The translations under genes were made by a program, and so were the position numbers. Shown here piece after piece: positions 32,258 to 36,325 of a DNA stretch of 36,325 nt. The notes beneath the pieces are model-generated. The model was not told the DNA's origin. It searched no databases and saw nothing but the letters and a program-made list of their open reading frames with translations. The stretch is from a virus. The stretch is from IMG/VR virus record IMGVR_UViG_3300029882_000069; one strand, given 5' to 3'. Each line of letters begins with the position of its first letter. Within the stretch, counting starts at the first letter, position 1.

Positions 32258-32521
32258 ATGATATGGTTCCGTCGAAACCGCATACAAATCCTTATTGAGC
32301 GCATTGACGCTCTGGAGAAACACCTTATGACCGCCTCTACCGATCTCACCACCAATGTGCAGAACGCTGTTACAGCTATCAACTCGGCTATCGTGGTGAT
32401 CCAAGCTTCGACAGGTAACGATCCGGCCGTCGTGGCTGCCAACGCGGCGCTGGTGACAGCTACGACCGCACTGACCAGCGCGCTGGCAGCCGTCCCGAGT
32501 AGCGCTCCAGCCGCTTCCTGA
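32258..32521 (+). CDS. hypothetical Ala/Thr-rich helical protein, 87 aa
   Basis: ORF. Confidence 0.5.
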   Translation: MIWFRRNRIQILIERIDALEKHLMTASTDLTTNVQNAVTAINSAIVVIQASTGNDPAVVAANAALVTATTALTSALAAVPSSAPAAS

Positions 32522-32656
32522 ACAACCAGGACTAGCCGGGAGTGTCCGCGCCTCAGCGAAATAACACCGGCAGCCAAGGCCTTAGTTAGCCGTGTTACGG
32601 CGGTACTTCCTACCGATCTCGCTCGGGTGACTTGGTAATCGTTTGATGTACTATCT

Positions 32657-32683
32657 AGTTCACATGAACTCACAAAAGTGAAC
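32657..32683. promoter_or_regulatory. palindromes just upstream of terS (AGTTCA-ca-TGAACT; alternative GTTCAC-N14-GTGAAC)
   Basis: Read directly. The second pairing ends 4 nt before the terS ATG. Confidence 0.35.
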
Positions 32684-32687
32684 GACC

Positions 32688-32957
32688 ATGGCAGCACGCA
32701 CAAGGCGTATTACCCAGAACGAAAAGATACGCGAGAAGATTCAGGCAGGTATGCTCATCAAGGGCCTGCATGACCATTTCGAGGGTAAGCGAGAGCTATC
32801 AGCCACCCAACTTAAGTCTGCTGAAATTTTGTTAAGGAAATCAGTACCGGACTTGAGCGCTGTTGAGATGACTTCTGACGTTAACTTGAAGGGTGAGGTT
32901 GCAATTAGGCCGGTGCTCACTCGCGAAGAGTGGCTCAAGCTGCACAAGGCGAAGTAA
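32688..32957 (+). CDS. putative terminase small subunit, 89 aa
   Basis: Immediately upstream of TerL. ...ATQLKSAEILLRKSVPDLSAVE... resembles short TerS proteins, as recalled. Confidence 0.55.
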   Translation: MAARTRRITQNEKIREKIQAGMLIKGLHDHFEGKRELSATQLKSAEILLRKSVPDLSAVEMTSDVNLKGEVAIRPVLTREEWLKLHKAK

Positions 32958-32959
32958 GC

Positions 32960-34432
32960 ATGTGGTATCCGCAGCCGGGTCATCAGCTCGCCGCCTTTGA
33001 GGCCGACTGGTGCGAAGATCTCTTCTACGGCGGTGAGCGCGGGGGCGGTAAGTCGGACTTCCAGTTGGGTTGGCAAGAGGATGGCGCCCTGCGCTACGGT
33101 CAGGCCCATCGCGGCATCCTATTCCGCAAGACCTATGCTGAGCTGGAGGAGCTTCAATCCCGCGCCATGGAGATATTTCCGGGCGAGGGCGCGATCTACA
33201 AGACGCAGCCTAGCGCCGACTATCCGTTCTCCAACAGCTGGTACTGGCCCAACGGCGCGAGTACCAAGATGCGCTTCATCGAGGCTGAGAAGGATTACGG
33301 GCGATATCACGGACACTCGTATACCCGCATTGGGTTCGACGAGGTCACGGAATACGCCACACAAGCGCCGCTGATCAAGATGTACTCCACGCTGCGCAGC
33401 CCTTTCGGCGTGCCTTGCAGCGTTCGATCCACAGGAAACCCAGGCGGTGCCGGTCATATCTGGGTCAAGAGTCGCTACATCGACCGTGCGCCACCCATGA
33501 CACCTTACCTTGATGTCGATGACGGCATGACGCGGATGTTTGTGCCTAGCGCGCTGGCCGATAACGTGATCCTGGTCAAGCAGGATCCTAAGTACAGAAG
33601 CCGTATCATCGCGGCGACCAATGGCAATGAAGCCTTGCGCAAGGCATGGCTAGAGGGGGATTGGAACATAGTTGCCGGCGCGTTCTTCGATTGCTGGAAT
33701 AGTAAACTGCATGTGGTAAAGCCGTTTAGTATTCCTGATGAATGGGGGCGCATACGCTCAGGGGACTGGGGTAGCGCTAGACCATTCAGCTTTGGATGGT
33801 GGGCAGTTGCTACTGACCCCTACACGCTGGAATCTGGTTTGGTCATTCCTCGTGGCGCGATGGTTCGTTACCGTGAGTGGTACGGCTGCAAAGACCCTAT
33901 CAACGAGCCCAACGTGGGCCTGAAGCTCACGGCCGAGGATGTTGGTGCCTATATCCTAGAGCTTGAAAAGAATGATCCTAAGATCAACGATGCGGTACTC
34001 GATCCTGCCGCCTTCACTCAAGACGGGGGGCCCAGCATTGTGGAACGCATTGTGAAGGGTGCGCGGAGCCAGATATGGTTTAGGCGCGCCGATAACAAAC
34101 GCGTTGCCAAGGCTGGCGCTATGGGTGGCTGGGACCAGGTGCGAGCAAGAATGCTGGGCGACAGCGATGGGCCTGCGATCTACTGCTTTGATACGTGCAC
34201 GGATTCCATACGCACGATCCCCTTGCTTCAGCACGACAAGCTGAAGCTTGAGGACATCGATACGGAGATGGAAGATCACGCCGCTGACGAATGGCGCTAC
34301 GCTTGCATGTCCCGACCCTATGTGAGAAAGTCTGCCGAAGAGTCAAAGCCACGTTTTCTGCATGAAATGACTGCAAATGACGTATTTTGGCCGAAGAAAC
34401 AGTCCAACAAGCTTCAAAACGACAGGATTTGA
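32960..34432 (+). CDS. terL: terminase large subunit, 490 aa
   Basis: Walker A-like GGERGGGKSD near the N-terminus, a Walker B-like IGFDEV, and a C-terminal acidic nuclease-type region. Followed by the portal gene. Confidence 0.9.
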   Translation: MWYPQPGHQLAAFEADWCEDLFYGGERGGGKSDFQLGWQEDGALRYGQAHRGILFRKTYAELEELQSRAMEIFPGEGAIYKTQPSADYPFSNSWYWPNGASTKMRFIEAEKDYGRYHGHSYTRIGFDEVTEYATQAPLIKMYSTLRSPFGVPCSVRSTGNPGGAGHIWVKSRYIDRAPPMTPYLDVDDGMTRMFVPSALADNVILVKQDPKYRSRIIAATNGNEALRKAWLEGDWNIVAGAFFDCWNSKLHVVKPFSIPDEWGRIRSGDWGSARPFSFGWWAVATDPYTLESGLVIPRGAMVRYREWYGCKDPINEPNVGLKLTAEDVGAYILELEKNDPKINDAVLDPAAFTQDGGPSIVERIVKGARSQIWFRRADNKRVAKAGAMGGWDQVRARMLGDSDGPAIYCFDTCTDSIRTIPLLQHDKLKLEDIDTEMEDHAADEWRYACMSRPYVRKSAEESKPRFLHEMTANDVFWPKKQSNKLQNDRI

Positions 34433-34435
34433 CCG

Positions 34436-34771
34436 ATGAATGTTCAGCCGTTCACCCCCTTGGTCGGCCAGACGCAGGCAATCCTTGCGACAGCGACTTC
34501 CCAGTTCATCATGCTTACCGCTGGCGGCGCGGCGGTCAACTGCATCCTTGTGTTCAATGGCACGACGACGCCAATTGCTGTACGCACTGGTTTAGCAATT
34601 GCCGGCGCAGTGGTGGCCGTGGCTCCAGTCGTTGGAACGCCCGGGGATATGGTTATCGCGCCTGGCGCCTATAAAGTGATCAGCAAGGGATATAACGATA
34701 CAGTTGCTGTGGTTACCGCTATTACCGCCGGAACTGGCGATGTCTATATCACGCCAGGAGAAGGCCAATGA
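34436..34771 (+). CDS. hypothetical Ala/Val/Thr/Gly-rich protein, 111 aa
   Basis: ORF between terL and portal. Confidence 0.5.
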   Translation: MNVQPFTPLVGQTQAILATATSQFIMLTAGGAAVNCILVFNGTTTPIAVRTGLAIAGAVVAVAPVVGTPGDMVIAPGAYKVISKGYNDTVAVVTAITAGTGDVYITPGEGQ

Positions 34772-34902
34772 GCATCGATACCATTCTGCTGATCCTAGCC
34801 GCTGTCTGCTTTGGTGTAGCTGCTTGCGGGTTCCCTTCACGCATCAACCTGATCGCGCTGGGCCTGCTGTTCTGGGTCATTACACTGATCCACCATGGCT
34901 GA
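34768..34902 (+). CDS. small membrane protein, 44 aa (below ORF-track cutoff)
   Basis: Hand-translated MSIDTILLILAAVCFGVAACGFPSRINLIALGLLFWVITLIHHG*. ATGA overlap upstream, and it overlaps the portal start by 8 nt. Confidence 0.4.
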   Translation: MSIDTILLILAAVCFGVAACGFPSRINLIALGLLFWVITLIHHG

Positions 34903-36325
34903 GTGGTCTGGCAGCGCACCGGAAGTGATTGAGGGAGAACCTGTCACCTCAAACGATGATGTGCGCAAGTACGTTGTGGAAATTGAGGTTTACGACCGCA
35001 CATCGCAGAAATTCCGCACGCGAGGCAACAAGATACTTCGTCGCTACCGTGACGAGCGCCGGCAGGCCGACGAAGATCAGATCAAGTACAACATCCTATG
35101 GAGCAACATTCAGACGTTGCTCCCGGCCTGCTACGCGAAGAATCCCAAACCCGAGTGCGAGCGGCGTTTTAAGGACGACGATCCGGTCGGGCGCGTGGGC
35201 TCGGAGATTTTGGAGCGGTCGATCACTTATTACATGGATTGTGGAGACTTCTTCGACTCCGCCCGGTCGGCGACGCTGGATCGTCTCCTCCCAGGTCGCG
35301 GTCAAATGTGGGTGCGCTACGTGCCTCATTTCCGTGATGTCGACAACGATTCGGACGACGCAGGAACGCCAGAAGTAAAGCAGGAAGGCCCTGAAGTCAC
35401 CGATAGCTCTGACGAGATGGTGGAGCGCGATGCTTCCATGATCGGTTCGGACCCCTCCGATGTAGAGGATGGGCAGGAAGTCGAATATGAGGAAGTGTGC
35501 TGCGATTACGTGCACTGGGAGAACTTCGGGCACAATGTGGCGAGGACGTGGGACGAGGTTTACCTCGTCTGGCGCATGGTGTTCCTTGACCGTGATGAGC
35601 TCATCGAGCGATTTGGCGCCGACTTGGGCAAGCGCATCCCACTGGACTACTCGCCGAAGAATCTCGCGGAAGAGAAGATCACGCAGGAAATGAAAAAGGC
35701 GACTGTCTACGAAATGTGGGACAAGCGTTGCAAGAAAGCCTTTTGGGTGAGCAAGAAAGTTCCGGAATTCCTGGATGAGCGAGATGATCCGCTGAAACTG
35801 GAGAAGTTCTTCCCATGCCCGAAACCTCTGCTGGCCACGGTAGCTAACGATTCGATCCTGCCCACAGCGGATTACAGCGAATACCAAGATCAGGCACGGG
35901 AGCTAGACGCTCTCACGGCGCGTATCGCGGCGGTCACACGTGCGCTGAAGGTGGCCGGCGTGTACGCCGCAGACGCTACGGGCATCGACCGGCTTCTGTC
36001 GGAGGGAACCGAAAATCAACTGATCCCCATCGAGCAATGGGCGATGTTCGCGGAGAAGGGTGGCCTTAAGGGCGTCTTTGAGCTATTCCCCATTCAGGAT
36101 ATCGCCCAGACGCTTCTGGCCATGTATCAGGCTAGGGACAAGATCAAGGCGGACCTTTACGAAGTGTCTGGCATGCCAGATATCATCCGGGGCGCCAACG
36201 ATCCGCGTTCTACCGCCACTGCCGAAAGCATCAAGGGGCAATATGCCTCGATCCGCTTGCGATCAGTTCAGGACGAAGTGCAGCGATTCATGCGCGATAT
36301 GATTCGCCTGATGGGTGAGGTCATC
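34895..36325 (+). CDS. portal protein, N-terminal part (continues at base 128 after collapsing the terminal duplication)
   Basis: I translated the whole frame by hand and found no stop to the window end. It was absent from the ORF track only because it has no in-window stop. ...KYNILWSNIQTLLPACYAKNPKP... and the acidic insert are typical portal-like features. It follows terL. Confidence 0.8.
   Translation, partial: MAEWSGSAPEVIEGEPVTSNDDVRKYVVEIEVYDRTSQKFRTRGNKILRRYRDERRQADEDQIKYNILWSNIQTLLPACYAKNPKPECERRFKDDDPVGRVGSEILERSITYYMDCGDFFDSARSATLDRLLPGRGQMWVRYVPHFRDVDNDSDDAGTPEVKQEGPEVTDSSDEMVERDASMIGSDPSDVEDGQEVEYEEVCCDYVHWENFGHNVARTWDEVYLVWRMVFLDRDELIERFGADLGKRIPLDYSPKNLAEEKITQEMKKATVYEMWDKRCKKAFWVSKKVPEFLDERDDPLKLEKFFPCPKPLLATVANDSILPTADYSEYQDQARELDALTARIAAVTRALKVAGVYAADATGIDRLLSEGTENQLIPIEQWAMFAEKGGLKGVFELFPIQDIAQTLLAMYQARDKIKADLYEVSGMPDIIRGANDPRSTATAESIKGQYASIRLRSVQDEVQRFMRDMIRLMGEVI
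36199..36325. repeat. terminal duplication, copy 2 (identical to 1..127)
   Basis: Read directly. Confidence 0.95.

Noticed and set aside
35096-35887. Long antisense ORFs inside large genes (35096..35887, 503..1180, 1574..2299, 11919..12521, 14417..14905, 27600..28100, all minus strand)
   Set aside because: These are shadow ORFs typical of GC-rich coding DNA. Each is fully contained within a better-supported gene with recognisable function or synteny on the opposite strand.
1-36325. tRNA genes, an integrase/attP, toxin-antitoxin pairs or known defence systems
   Set aside because: I spotted no T-loop-type GGTTCGAAT motifs or cloverleaf candidates by eye. No tyrosine or serine recombinase-like ORF is present. 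No ORF pair matches TA or defence families I can recognise. Detecting tRNAs by eye is weak, so tRNAscan-SE should be run.

Overview
The window is a complete, circularly closed tailed dsDNA phage genome. Bases 1..127 are identical to 36199..36325, so the unique length is 36,198 bp, and the linearisation point falls inside the portal gene.

The architecture looks podovirus-like. There is no tape-measure, sheath or tail-tube gene. There is a block of low-complexity internal virion proteins ending in a 1001-aa protein with a lytic transglycosylase domain.

There are three transcription blocks:
1. A long plus-strand late block runs from about 30.7 kb, across the junction, to 19.7 kb. In order it carries small basic proteins including an Rmf-like protein, TerS, TerL, portal, Zn-ribbon protein, scaffold, major capsid, decoration-like protein, tail and fibre proteins, a GNAT, Q/N-rich internal proteins, the SLT protein, fibres, and a lysis cassette with overlapped spanins.
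2. A minus-strand early operon runs from 26068 down to 19706. It carries RecT, an AT-rich HNH homing endonuclease, a Lar-like protein and a 476-aa protein built on 41 tetrapeptide repeats.
3. A plus-strand early/middle operon (26185..30094) has a Cro-like HTH and a lambdoid nin-like set (NinB, YbcO-like, RusA), followed by tiny Zn-ribbon and RHH proteins.

I could not recognise an integrase, CI-type repressor, replication initiator, helicase, primase or polymerase.

The two most unusual items are:
- The x-x-Q-V repeat protein and its 492-bp array of 12-bp repeats (24877..25368).
- A hairpin-rich region of about 650-800 nt with no convincing ORF (30095..30900), lying between the early-right and late operons.

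All functional calls rest on hand translation, remembered motifs and gene order. No database search was possible.
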